This document shows, in pieces, positions 31,078-43,586 of a stretch of 64,000 nucleotides of DNA; position 1 is the first letter of the stretch; every line of letters starts with the position of its first letter. Below the pieces are notes generated by a model that saw only the letters and a program-made list of their open reading frames with translations, had not been told where the DNA came from and searched no databases. The stretch lies in NCBI GenBank assembly GCA_964016885.1, contig CAXHJY010001140.1, positions 1 through 64,000 on the forward strand. Direction: 5' to 3'. This stretch comes from Eledone cirrhosa. Lineage: Eukaryota. A program made the translations under genes and the position numbers.

Positions 31078-31235
31078 ATAATAATGTTTCTGCTTTTGGC
31101 ACGGATCCAGCGACTGGCCCAGCGCGTCGTTGGTACTCTCTTTTGTTGACTCCGTGGGGATGAAAGGCAAGGTTGACCTCGGCGGAATTTAAGCTCAGAG
31201 CGTGGAGAGCCATAACTCTATGCTGTAAAGCAATT
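31078..31235 (-). mobile_element. Second, older SINE copy lacking its head
   Basis: ggatgaaaggcaaggttgacctcggcggaattt central domain. Confidence 0.8.
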
Positions 31236-31335
31236 GTAATAATACTGGACTGTAGTACGATCGGCTTCAACTATACAAACTCTTGAAAGTCAACAGTTGA
31301 CATAATCTTGTAATCCTGTATCAGTAATGACGGTA

Positions 31336-31371
<36 letters not shown>

Positions 31372-31503
31372 AAGTGAGTAGAGTAGCGTGTGTGTGTTTG
31401 TTTGTATGTATGAGTATTGCTGTGTGCGCGCATATGTATGCGCGTGTGTGTATGTCGTACGTATGTGTCAATAAGTGATTTTTTTTTTTTTTTTTTTTTT
31501 TTT

Positions 31504-31800
31504 GCGCGGGGACATAGAAATAATCGGGCTGAATTCCCGATAGCGCAGTTAAACCACTGGGAGTGAAGAACCCCTAGCCCTTGTCAGGGCATTCTTCTAG
31601 AAGGAATCTCAGGAAACTGGGTTAACTCCGACATAAAACCTGCGGTACAGTAGTTACCGATAATGTTGATCTTTTCTTCTTTTCGGGTTATAGCTACTGT
31701 CGCTCAGAGAGTGGGATTGGCTCAGTGCACAGTCTTTCCTCACTTTAAAAATATTTGTCACGCACAGGCATTGCACGAGTGAATTAATAATTATTAATAG
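31504..31800 (+). mobile_element. SINE-like or RTE-UTR-like repeat with AT-rich tail
   Basis: Similar to 26300-26500; starts after a T26 run and ends in (ATT)-rich sequence. Confidence 0.5.
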
Positions 31801-32029
31801 TGTACTATTATTATTATTATTATTGACGAAAGTGGATGTACGTTTTTTGAAGCTCCGTGAGTAAGCAATTTTTTGAGGATTAATTGTGGAGAATTGTTTA
31901 TTTTTTTGTACCGCTGAAGCATTATAAGACATTCATTTGTATCCTGTGAAGGAATAACGCATAATATTTGGGCCTTTTGGCCCAAATATTTGAACTTAAT
32001 TTTGGAAAAATAATAATTTTTTTTCTCAA

Positions 32030-33923
32030 ATGCTAGAGGTGGGTCTGCTGTCGTGCAACGGCGACTTGAGCGTTGAGAAGAGAGGTGGGGCGAGGAGCGC
32101 CACCAGCACGAGTGTGAGCAGCGACAGTGCCAGCACCAACGGGCCGAGCGGCGCGGAAGGTGGTAACAGCGACAACACCAACACCAACAAGCCGAACAGC
32201 GCAGAAGGTGGTAATAGCGAGAGCACCAACAAAACGAACAGCACAGAGAGTAATAGTAGCGACAGCAGCAGCACCAACAAGGCCAACAGCACAGAGGGTA
32301 ACCACGACACAGGGGAGAACAACAACAGCAATAGCAGCAGCAACACCAACAAGAACAACAACAGTGACAACACCAACAAGAACACCTTCGCTGCTGTGGC
32401 AGCGGCTAAAAGGAGACCATGCTACAGCATCGACTTAACCAACAGAGAGGAAAAGTTGGCCCAAGCCTGGAAAATCATAAATCAAGAGCAGACCTGGGCA
32501 AACTTAACTGTCCCGGCAGAAGCCATTGAGGCAGTGGAAAAAAGAACGGTGCATTTCAGATGCATCTCAGTAGAGACAAAGAGGGCAGCGATAATCGCCC
32601 AAGCTGATATAGAAGCCGCACTGAAATACATCAGAGAGGACACAGACTTCATAGAGAGGGGCAGGCAATACGGCACCGTTTCGGTGCTGTTCAAGTCTGA
32701 AGCCCTCGCTGTGAAGCATTCAATGACCCCTTGCAAAACCAGCAAGGTCATAATGTACCCCTCCCACATGGGAAAACGAATAGCACGTGTGCGCATTCCC
32801 AGGATTCCACCAGGACTTGATATGTGGTGGCCCCTGGATTGCGTAATCGTGGAAGGAACGGATACAGTCCCGGTAGAGGCAACGAGAACTGCCAGGGACG
32901 ACTGGTCCGGGGTTGATCTGGAGATACTGCTCCAAATCAGACCCGAAAACGTAAAAGCAATCCCGGACCACATCCGCCTCCAAAACGGGAGGGTGTTGCA
33001 TATAATGACTGAGGGCAAAAGGCCACATTGTTTCCTTTGTGGGGAAACGACACACTTGCGAGCCTTCTGCCCTCAACTGCCGAAAAGCGCAAGGGGTCGA
33101 AAGATTCCACTGCTGGCGACGCCGAGACAAGGACCACCAGCAACACCGTCAACAATGGAACCACCAAAATTGCACACCCAGGGGGGAAACGAGGAAAGCT
33201 CTCCCATTCCCCCTCCCCCCCAAAATACACACACGAACAAGAACATAAACACTCACTCAGACACAAACACGCTCACAGCCACAGACCCCTCATCCTCCAG
33301 CAGTGAAGATGAGGGAAAACCAAAGTCCCCCAAAATACAAAAAACAAAACACAAAAAAAAAAGAAATCCACAAAGCACAAACACCCCCACAAAAAAAATA
33401 CACACACCACCCACACAAACATTTTCCCCACAGCATCACCAACACAACCACCAAAATCCCCCAAACGCAAACAAGCTAAACAGACACAAGAACAAATAGA
33501 CACACAAACATCAGAAACTACAGACACCCACCCACAACAAACGCAGACACAATAGAAACAACACTAACAAAGCTATCACCACCACAATCACACGAACAAA
33601 TAAAACCCGAGCAACAAAACATTAAAAACTTCGTGCTTGCCAGAAGGGCCAACAAGGAATTGATGGCCCATGTAGCACGAAGCACAAACATCGAAAAAGA
33701 GGGGGAAACATTTGAAGCGAGCACATTTCGCGTACCAGATAATTTGCTTCTGATGCGAATGTCGCTCGCTTCATACAAAGAAATTCGAAAGAGCTTTCCT
33801 CGGGATGTGGGAACCCCGAACGTAAAACCCACTTCAAGACTATTAAAGGGGTTCCCAAAAGAAACCCCACAAACCATGGAGGTCGAACCACCCGACCTTC
33901 ACAAGACCCCGGAAGGTAAGTAA
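32030..33923 (+). CDS. LINE ORF1 (gag-like). Open to 33499, with a probable frameshift in the A-rich stretch and true end near 33923
   Basis: S/N/T-rich repeats, TFAAVAA motif and CX2CX4HX4C knuckle CFLCGETTHLRAFC. A different-frame ORF (33633-33923) ends 30 bp before ORF2. Confidence 0.8.
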
Positions 33924-33952
33924 ACCTTTCCTCTCCCATTCATCTTGCCAGC

Positions 33953-36900
33953 ATGGCCATAAGAGTAGGAAGTTTAAATGTTCGTGGCCTGGGGTCGCCC
34001 TGGAAGCAAGGTCACTTGCTCAACGACCTCAGGTCACTAGGAATGGATGTAATTGCCATCAGCGAGACCAGAATTTCCGACACACGCGCACTGGCGCCGA
34101 TTTTCGACGATTATCAGATCTTTGCATATGTTAGTCGGCCGGGAATGGGAGGTGGAGTGGCTGTGCTGTTTAGGAAATGTCTGGATCTCGAGGTAAGGTC
34201 AATCTTCCGGGATCCTGACGGAAAGTTGGTGGTCCTGGACGTGAGCAATAGCGAAGGTGGTGCCTTTAGACTGGTGGCCGTCTACGCCCCTACTGGGGCC
34301 GGTCGGCCGGACTTCTTTAGGCGCCTGGAAAACTTTCTGCTTACGTCTCGCCCTTTACTGTTAATAGGGGATTGGAATGGCATCTTAGAAGCACGCCGGG
34401 ATTGTGTGGGAGTATCTGATAGGAGCGGGGGGTGCAAAAGCCTCAAGTACCTGATCAGCCAGTTTCAACTGTCTGACAGGTACCGACTAGATTTCCCTAA
34501 TGCGCCAGTATGGACCTGGACCAATCGCATAGGGTCATCTAGATCGTACATAGATAGGATTTTCATTAGGAAAAGAGATAGAAATAGTGTAGGATGTCCA
34601 CATTTTAAAACGGTTGCCTATTCAGATCACAAGCTTGTGATCTGTATGGTCGACCTAGATAAGACACGTAGGTTAGGACCTAGCTACTGGAAGCTAAACA
34701 TGTCGTTTCCGGCACGTAAAGCTTACAGGGACCGGGTCAACAACTTAGTTAAGAAAAAGTTGACAGGGGGGGTTGTCAACAACAGGTGGTGGGGGGTTCT
34801 CAAAAGAGAGATTAGAGCAACCTCGATAGGATTTAGCAAATAAGTAGCAATAGAGAAAAATAGAAAGGAGGAGGGGCTGATAGCTAAGTTAGACGAGGCT
34901 ATTTGTAGTGGCATTGCAACAGACGTGCTAGCGGCGAGAATGGCACTAGACCATTTCTTCAATGCGAAACACGAAGGTTGCATTGTCAGAGCTAAGGCGC
35001 GTGTTCTGAGGAACGAGGAAACCAAAGCTGCCCGATGGGCTCGCTTTGCAGAGACGCAGCGTGGAAATAAAACCACAATTCGGTATTTGACGGATCGAGA
35101 TGGACACGAACTGAGCGATTCCAAGCAGATGTGTGAGGCCTTTCGCCAGCACTTTGCTCGATTGTTCGGGAGGATGGGTGAGTCGGAGACGGCGGCGGAC
35201 TTCAGTCCCTACCTCGACGGCTTGCCACGCCTCTCGACGGCCGACGCTGAGCGCTGCGAAGAGCCGATAACATCAGTCGAAATTCAGGACGCCCTTGTCG
35301 GCTGCTCGAGTCGCAAGTCACCCGGTTTGGATGGTCTGCCCTACGAGCTTTACGTAAATATGCCAGACTTGTTCTCCGATCTCCTCGAAGCGCTCTACTG
35401 CAACTGGCAGCAGAACGGGAGCATTCCCAGTTCTGTGAGCCGTGGCGTAGTGACGCTGATAAGGAAAGACGAGAACAAACGGGACACACTAGATAATGTC
35501 AGGCCCATAACCCTGCTCAACACAGAGTTTAAGATTTGGGCCAAGGTGTTAGCGAAAAGGTTGGCGCTTGTCGTCAAAGATTTGGTTGGGGAGGCGCAAA
35601 CTTGCGCAATCCCGACCAGGTCCATACACGACAACCTCCACCTCATGCGATACATCATAGAGAGGGTTGGGTGCAAACCTGGCTTCGGTGGGGATCTGAT
35701 CAATTTAGATCAATCGAAAGCAGTCGATAGGGTCGACCATCGGTACTTGGAGGCTGTCCTCGAGGCGGCTGGCTTCGGCCCCGTCTTCAGAAGCTGGATC
35801 GCTGCAATGTACAGCGGCATCTGCTTGGTTGTCAAAGTTAATGGCCACCTCTCGGAACCGTTTCAGATCTCTCGATCGGTCCGTCAAGGGTGCCCTCTCT
35901 CCTCACTTCTGTACGTATTGACTCTTGAGCCTCTACTGCGGAAGCTGGAGTTGTTGCAGGGCATCCCGCTCGAACCGGGACGTAGAAAGGCTGCGTCCGC
36001 TTATGCGGACGACATCACCGTGATGGTGTCGGACACCTCGGAAATCGAGGTGATCCGCACCCATTTGGAGGAATATGAAAGGTTGACGGGAGCAAAACTT
36101 AACCCAGAAAAGTCGGTGGGCTTGCAGCTCGGCACCTGGAGAGGCAAGTCCATGCCGTCCAACAGCGTCGTTGGGCGCTGGACAGACGGACCGGTAAAGT
36201 TGCTCGGGGTTTGGTTCGGACCAGACCTCCAGATGGATAAGAATTGGGACGAGGTGACGAGCAGGATAGCCAACCTCGCCCAGAAATGGGCTGAGAGAAA
36301 GCTATCACTGAAAGGGCGGGCGGAGGTGGCAAACGCGTACATCGCGTCCGTCATCTACTACCGCCTGACCGTCGTGCCTTGCCCCCGTCCACGCCTCGCC
36401 AATTTGGAACGGCTCCTTTTCAAATTTTTGTGGAGGGGACGGGTCCCGTTGGTGAGGCGGTCCATTTGCTGCCAGCACCCTCTTCGTGGAGGGCTGGGCA
36501 TGCCGTGGCTAATGATGCGCAGACATGCGCTGAGGCTGCGACATCTCCAGATATTTTGCCTAAACGGTGAACAGGTGTGGTCGCCGTTTGTTAGACGGGC
36601 CTTTCCGCAGCTCATCTCTTTGACTGAGCTGCAGTCCTGGGTCAAGAAGAGACCGAGATTGGGCGACTGGCATCTGGAATGTTGCCAGGCGCTCACAGCA
36701 CTCTGCAAGGTGGGCAATGCGGTCAGTGGAACTTCCACTCAAGATTTCTATAGAGGATTAGTGGAGGGCAAGTACGATGACGTACTAGGAGAGGCTCTAG
36801 GCGTCAACGAAGTAGAACTGACCAGTATGTTCCGGAGGACTTTCGAGCCGGGGACGATGGATAACTTCCAGAAATCCCTCGCTTGGCAGTGCTACCGGGG

Positions 36901-37372
36901 GGCGCTGCCGGTTCGGGATAAACTCTACAGGCACGGAAGTGCTGTCAGACGAACCTGCCCGAGATGCGCGCAGAGCGACGAAACCGTTCTGCACGCACTC
37001 GTCCAGTGTCCGTGCATTGCTGACTTGTGGGGTTATGTCGAACAGATATTGTCGCGTGTAGAACGGATCCGGCTATCGTCCGAGTCCATAGTGAAGATTG
37101 ACCCGCCGCCTTCTTTTGGTCAGGAAGGGCAGGCAATTTTCCTCTGCCTGGTGGCAGTAGCGAAAGAGGTTGCATGGTGGACCAGGTTGAAAGGACTGAA
37201 GACAGACACTTTTCTCTTCGGCCAATCCCTCATCAATTTCTTCAAGTTTCACTTGGAAAGGAAGGTGAGGGTGGACAGAGAAGTGCTGCACCCCAGTACA
37301 TTTACTGAAAGGTTGGTGAATGTGGCGAGAATGGCCCGCGTGAGTGGGCCTACTCTGATCATGCGCCTGTAG
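33953..37372 (+). pseudogene. LINE ORF2: AP endonuclease, reverse transcriptase and C-terminal zinc-binding domain, with one in-frame stop (TAA 34841-34843)
   Basis: SLNVRGL, SET, VYAP, GDWN, SDH, YWKLN; KSPGLDG, RPITLLN, VRQGCPLS, YADD; CPRC..ETVLHALVQC. The 296 aa and 815 aa ORFs share a frame. Confidence 0.95.
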
Positions 37373-37622
37373 GCTGGTGAATTCGAGAAGGAGAGGGGTG
37401 CCCTTCCCGGGTGCCCTAGGAGCGTCGGGTGGCTCAGGACTGGTGGGGTGCTTGAGTCAACCCTGGGTGGTGATCCCTCTTATTGGGGAACTTTCATTGT
37501 TGTATTTTTATTGTTATTTTGTTTGTTGTTATTTATACTTACTCGATCTCTATGTAAACCCCCACTGTCCCTGTCTATTGTGTTGTCCCCTCTATGTCGG
37601 CCCTTGTGGCCAATAAATGAAA

Positions 37623-37662
<40 letters not shown>

Positions 37663-37689
37663 TATTATTACTATTTTTTTTTTTTCAAA

Positions 37690-40600
37690 ATTCAATGATG
37701 TTCCAGAACAAAATAAAAGAGATAATTGGCAATTTAGGTTCTGGAACAAAAAAGATCATTGGCAATAAGGGCAGAGGCCCCAGGTTATCACAGCCTAGGC
37801 CCGCTCGTCATCGTGCCATTGTAATAGAGCCAAACAAGGCATTTAGTCTTGGCTGCTGGAACGTACGGACGCTGCTTGACAGGGATTTCTTGGAGCGTCC
37901 TGAACGAAGGACCGCTCTTGTTGCAAAGGAGCTTCGACTTTACGATCTTGACATCGTGGCTTTATCTGAGACGAGGTTAGCTGGAGATGGTCATCTTACG
38001 GAATTTTGTGGAGAATATACATTCTTCTGGAAAGGAAGAGATGAAGGAACTAGAAGAGAGGCTGGGGTAGGATTTGCTGTTAAGACTACTTGTGAACAAG
38101 TTGGAAGAATTCCTACTAGGGATTAGTGAGCGTCTTATGTCCATGAGAGTTCCGCTGGACAAGGGAATATATGCTACCCTGGTGAGTGTGTATGCTCCAA
38201 CTATGAGTTCTGTCGATGAGGAAAAGGTGTCCTTTTACCATGCCTTGAAATGTGTTTTAAGAAATATCCCTCAGGCAGACAAAGTCATCGTGCTTGGTGA
38301 CTTTAATGCTAGAGTGGGTAGGGATTTTAACACATGGAATGTAATCGGAAGGCATGGGGTGGGAAAGTGTAACATCAATGGTATGCTCCTGCTGCAGATG
38401 TGTGAGGAGCTGGAACTGTGTGTTACCAACACCATGTTCCAACAAAAGAACAAATTCAAGACCACATGGATGCATCCTGCATCTAAGGAATGGCATATTT
38501 TGGACTACATCCTAGTCAGGATGCGTGACAGACAGGATGTGCGGTGTGTTCGTGTTCTTCGTGGAGCTGAGTGCTGGACGGACCACCGCCTGGTACGCGC
38601 AAAAATGAAACTAATCACTAAACGTAAAATCCGGGCTCCTGGTGTTGCCCTGCCCAAACGATTGAATGCTGCTCGTCTTAAGGATAATATGTGAAGAGGA
38701 CATTGGAAGGAGAGATGCAGGCTGCAGATCTTGGTGAGGATTGGCCGACCCTTAAAAAGTCGGTTTATGATGTAGGCAGGCGTGTTCTGGGATTGGCGCA
38801 GAGGAAACATCAGGACTGGTTTGATGAGAATCATGTACATATAGAAGACTTGTTGGCTGATAAGAGGCGTGCTCTGTCACGCTACTTGACGGCAAAACCA
38901 CAGGAGAGGAATACGTTGCATGAGGAACTCAGGGATCTTAAATCACGTGTTAGGCGGAGTCTTTCTCAGATGAAGGATCAGTGGTGGAGTGAGAAGGCTG
39001 GTGAGATACAAACTGCGTCTGATTCCAATAACACAAAGCTGTTGTACAGTCTCATGCGTGAGGTTTATGGACCGTGTTCTTCTCTGGTGACACCGCTTCG
39101 CAGCAATGATGGCAAAGAACATCTTCGTGACTCACAAGGAATTCTACGAAGGTGGCGAGAGCACTTTGATGATCTTTTGAATCAGCCGTCTGTCGTCAGT
39201 GAAGATTTCCTCAATCTCATACCAGAAAGTCCTGTGAAAGCAGCTCTCGCAGAACCTCCGACGCTTGTGGAGGTTGCAGTGGCTATTTCGAAGCTGAACA
39301 GTGGAAGATCTCCAGGTATGGATGGCATACACGCTGAGCTCCTACAATATGGTGGTGAGAGAATCCTGCAACATCTTCACTCTTTGTTTGGCAGGATATG
39401 GGCTAATGAATCCGTACCTGAGGACTGGAGAGATGCAGTAATGGTGGTCTTGTACAAGGGAAAGGGTAACAGGAACGATTGTGGGAACTACAGAGGTATA
39501 TCATTGCTTTCTGTCGTAGGGAAAGTTTTATCTAGGGTTTTATCTGGACCGTCTGCTGACACACATTGCAGATTGTGTTCTTCCTGAAAGTCAATCTGGT
39601 TTTCGTGCTGAACCCGGCACTACTGATATGATCTACTCAGCTAGACAGCTCCAGGAGAAGTGCATGGAACAGGGCTTGGATCTGTATCAGGTTATTGTCG
39701 ATCTGACAAAAGCTTTCGATACTGTTAACAGAGATGCATTATGGAAGGTTCTCCAGAGACTTGGTTGCCCTGATAAGTTCCTTGCTTTAGTTAGGTCTTT
39801 CCATGACGACATGAAGGCTTGGGTTAATGTCGGGGGTAACATGTCGGAGCCTATCTCAGTAATAAAAATGGAGTAAAACAGGGGGATATTCCAGCACCGA
39901 CCCTGTTTGCCATATACTTTGCAATGGTTTTCTGTATTGCATTCAGGAATTGCGAGCATGGTGTTTACATCCGATATCGAACCTCAGGCTGCATATTTAA
40001 CATCAGGCGCTTTGCTGCGAAGACAAAAGTATTTACATCAGTCATAAGAGACCTCTTGTATGCAGATGATTGCGATCTTGTAGCGCACACAGAGAGTGAT
40101 ATGCAGCACGTTTTGAATGCATTTTCTGACGCTTGCACTGCCCTAGGTCTGACTGTCAGTCTCAAGAAAACCGTCGTCATGTACCAATCTGCCCCTGGTA
40201 AGCAGTACACTGAACCAAACATCTATGTGTATGGCAAACGACTTGGAGTGGTTGATCAGTTTGTCTACCTGGGAAGCACTGTCAATCGATACAGCAACCT
40301 TGATGGTGAAATCTCACTTAGGATTAGGAAAGCAAGTGATGCTTTCGGAAAGCTAGAAAGGCGACTCTGGTGTCAGCGAGACATATGCAGGAGGACAAAG
40401 GTAAAGGTGTACAGGGCATGTGTGCTCTCTTGTCTTCTTTATGCCTGCGAGACCTGGGTCACATATCGACACCACCTTAAGCAATTGGAGCGTTTCCATC
40501 AGATGTGTCTCAGACGGATCCATGGCGTTCACTGGAGGGACCACATCAGTGTTGTCGAGATTTTGGAAAGCTCTATGTGTGACAGTATAGAAGCTCTTGT

Positions 40601-41239
40601 GCTTAAGCAACGACTCCGTTGGAGTGGTCACCTTGCCAGGATGAAGGATTCTAGAATACCAAAACAACTCTTTTATGGAGAGTTGGTTAAAGGAAAACGA
40701 CCGCCACATAAACCAAAAAAGAGGTATAAGGATTCCTTGAAAGCCTCTCTGAAAGACGCTAACATCTCTGCTGATACATGGGAGAATATTGCTGCTGATC
40801 GTAATAAATGGAGAAAGACTGTATATGAGGGAAAATTGCCTTTGAGGCATCTCGAATCGCATACGAGAAAGTAAAGCGGGATGTGAGGAAGTGCATTACT
40901 GTTGCACTTCCAGACGGCGAGGGTCCTCCTATGGTGCTGACATGCAGCGTATGTGCGAGACTCTGCCTAAGCAAAGCTGAACTCGAAAGTCATCTTCGCA
41001 GTCATAAAGTAAGACCAGTGGTTGACTACCAGGCTGCTGTTGGAGATGCTACTCATCATGCTTGCCAAACATGTGGTAGAGAATGTAAATCAGCAGGAGG
41101 GCTCAAGCGACATGCAAAAGTACACGAACTCCAACCACAGCCGACTATTCCCAGTAAATGTTTTGGTTGCCGACTCTATGCAAGACATATTAGATCATTG
41201 GCTGGGCTAAAAAGCCACATTCGATCGCAGCGCTGTTAG
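37690..41239 (+). mobile_element. RTE-clade LINE, single APE-RT ORF broken by about 5 frameshifts, with three C-terminal C2H2 fingers
   Basis: WNVRTL..RPERRTALVAKEL..LSETRL, VYAPT, GDFNARVG, TWMHP..WH.LDY, TDH; NYRGISLLS, DLTKAFDTV, GVKQG, YADD, YLGS, RLRWSGH..RM..R.PK; CSVC..H..H, CQTC..H..H and a degenerate third finger. Confidence 0.93.
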
Positions 41240-41889
41240 TTGCTATCGTGTGTGTGTGTGTGTAGACATGCTTATGTGTGTGCGTGTGTGTGTATATATA
41301 TATGCATATGTATATTATTATTGTTGTTGTCGTTATTATTATTGTTGTTATTATTATTATTATTATTATTGTTATTAATGTATGCGTTGCTCGGGGTCAT
41401 TAAGTTACCAAAGTTATGTTGCACCACCCATTTTATGGCAGCACTTTTTTGTCTGCCAGGCACTGGGTGAATGAATTGCAGACCTGGAAGCATGAGCTGC
41501 GCCAGCAGTGACAATTGTAGTTTCGCCTATGGATATTATCTCTGTGCAAAAAAGTGTTGAAATTTATTGTTTCACAGTATTTGCGCAACACGCGCGTAGA
41601 CGATGCCAGCCGAACAACAGAGCTGCGATTGAGTTGTTCTGCATGGTTGTCTGTGTGTTTTCTAAATTTAAGACAGTAGGGAGTGGTGTGATATGGGGGA
41701 GAGTTAGCTGCTGTTTCTAGCAGGTTTAGTAACCTCATAGAGGATATGTGTTTTCTAAATTTAAGACAGTAGGTAGTGGTGTAAACGGACAGTATCACCA
41801 TCAAGCTTGGAAAGAGAAAGTAGCAGAAAGTATGAAGTTTTATAGATTTTGAATGGTAGTAGAAAGATTTCATCAGTTTAAATGAGAGA

Positions 41890-42086
41890 GAAAAATCGGA
41901 AAATATTGAGTTTTATCTATTTTTTGCGTAATCTTGGGTGAAATTGAAAAAATGATCTGCGTCAAGACGCAATCGAAGCTATTTCGATTACTGAATTGTA
42001 AATTTCAATTGAAGAAATTCTATATCGTAGATTTCTATAACGAAGGAGCAGGACCGCACACTGAGCTTTATAGATTATGATAGATA
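41890..42086 (-). mobile_element. Non-autonomous Helitron-like 5' terminus
   Basis: Minus strand begins a|tctatcataatctataaagctcagtgtgcggtcc, a TC start resembling non-autonomous Helitron 5' ends. Confidence 0.45.
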
Positions 42087-42184
42087 TATATGTGTGTGTA
42101 TGTGTGTATGGGGGTGTGTGTGTGTGGGGGGGGGGGGGGGGGGGCGTGTGTGTGTGTGTTTGTGAATGTGTCTGTTGACACCTG

Positions 42185-42657
42185 GAATATAGCTTAAGAG
42201 AAATTTGAACATAATATGATAGGCACCCCATATTTTGAACTGGTCTATAGAATTATTTTGGCCTTTGTCAATCTAAGTAGAACTTTAATGAATTAGCTTT
42301 TAATGAATTTCCCTTTTCTTTAAATCCTTCAATCATGACCGACCCCAACGATCTTATAGACACCTCAAATATAGGCATTGTTAGCTTAAGTGAAACTTAA
42401 AAATAAGGAGTGGCACCCCAATCTGAACTTGTTTATAGAATTCTTTCTGCCTTTGTCACTCTAAATATAAATTATAGCTTAAAAGAATTAGCTTTTAATG
42501 AATTCCCTTTTCTATCAAGCAATGACATCTACCGATCCCACTCCCCACCCTCTCCTACCACCTGAAAAGACCTATATATACCACTTTATTTTTGGATACC
42601 CAGATTCCTGAATGAAACAGTTCTAGTCCTGTAGAATCTCATCTATATTAAAACTTA
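42185..42657 (+). mobile_element. pLTR-like segment with ~190-bp internal direct repeat, ending in a hammerhead relic lacking stem II (42602-42639)
   Basis: ggcacccca...gaattagcttttaatgaatt at 42222 and 42412; agattc-CTGA-at-GAAA-cag-ttctagtc-ctg-TA-gaatct. Confidence 0.6.
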
Positions 42658-42679
42658 TATATACATATATATATATATA

Positions 42680-42833
42680 ATAAATTTGAAGACTAAAATA
42701 CAAAGAGACCTCAATAAGGATAAATATATATCAAATATGTATGAACCGTAGAGCAAATATTTATCCATAGCTTCAGAATACCCCGTTAAGGGTGAAAGCA
42801 GCTTTAACTTTTATCTGTTATTTTAATAAATAC
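42680..42833. mobile_element. Repeat family F in (TA)n (also 51690-51780)
   Basis: Both copies start taaatttNaagactaaaat and end ctgttattttaataaat. Confidence 0.75.
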
Positions 42834-42866
42834 AGATATGCATCTATATCTATATATATATCTATA

Positions 42867-42912
<46 letters not shown>

Positions 42913-42918
<6 letters not shown>

Positions 42919-43460
42919 CAAAGTTAGTCCTTCATCAGTGATGTTCCAACCATCATTGGTATTTCATCGCTTTAAAGACCATATACGTCCGGTTGGTGCA
43001 AGCAACGACTAAAACAAGTCGTTGGGACACGTAAATAAAGGGGACACGAGAGTGTAAACAAACAAAGATGGTGAAGCAACGAAAAGTGAGGAAGAAGCAG
43101 TCAATCCCAACTCCCGTTAGACCTGTACGGAATTCCTTCCTCGCTCACATTCTAACCAGGTTTGATGGTCTTTATTCTCTTTCGTTCACGATTTCACCGA
43201 ACTTATATTCATTGGAATTTGGGACTTGACTCTTCTTCCTCACTTTTTGTTGCTTCACCATCTTTGTTTGTTTACACTCTCGTGTCCCCTTTATTTATTT
43301 ACGTGTCCCAACGACCTTTTTTAGCCGTTGCTCGCACCAACCGGAGGTATATGGTCCTTAAAGCGATGAAATTCCAATGATGGTTGGAAGATCACTGATG
43401 AAGGATTAACTTTATTCATATGTAACCCATTAGCAACCACGCAGCACGTTTATTCTCATA
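42913..43460. mobile_element. Family D inverted pair (42913-43110 / 43219-43420) with ~40 bp tail, in (TA)n
   Basis: Arms are reverse complements; matches 3661-3919. Confidence 0.88.
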
Positions 43461-43490
43461 TATATATATATATATATAGGAACGAGTAGG

Positions 43491-43586
43491 ACCCCGACGG
43501 CTGAGCTCAAGTCGTTTCGACAGCTAATTCTGGACTAAATGAAAATGTTTATCCTGTTAAATCAATAGCCGAACTTCTCAGGGGGT
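43491..43586 (-). ncRNA. Type I hammerhead-like fold, left-arm copy (core CTGAGAA)
   Basis: acccc-CTGAGAA-g..cggct/agctg..c-GAAA-cgac-ttgagctca-gccg-TC-ggggt. Confidence 0.6.

Larger units (their letters stand above)
31825..37624 (+). mobile_element. Near full-length Tx1-type (L1 clade) non-LTR retrotransposon
   Basis: About 200 bp 5'UTR, ORF1 with CCHC knuckle, ORF2 APE-RT-Zn, GT-rich 3'UTR, AATAAA at 37612-37617; (ATT)n on both sides (31807-31824 and 37625-37673). Confidence 0.93.

Noticed and set aside
32026-40974. Many antisense and alternate-frame ORFs over the two LINEs
   Set aside because: Shadows of GC-richer coding sequence with no independent motifs.
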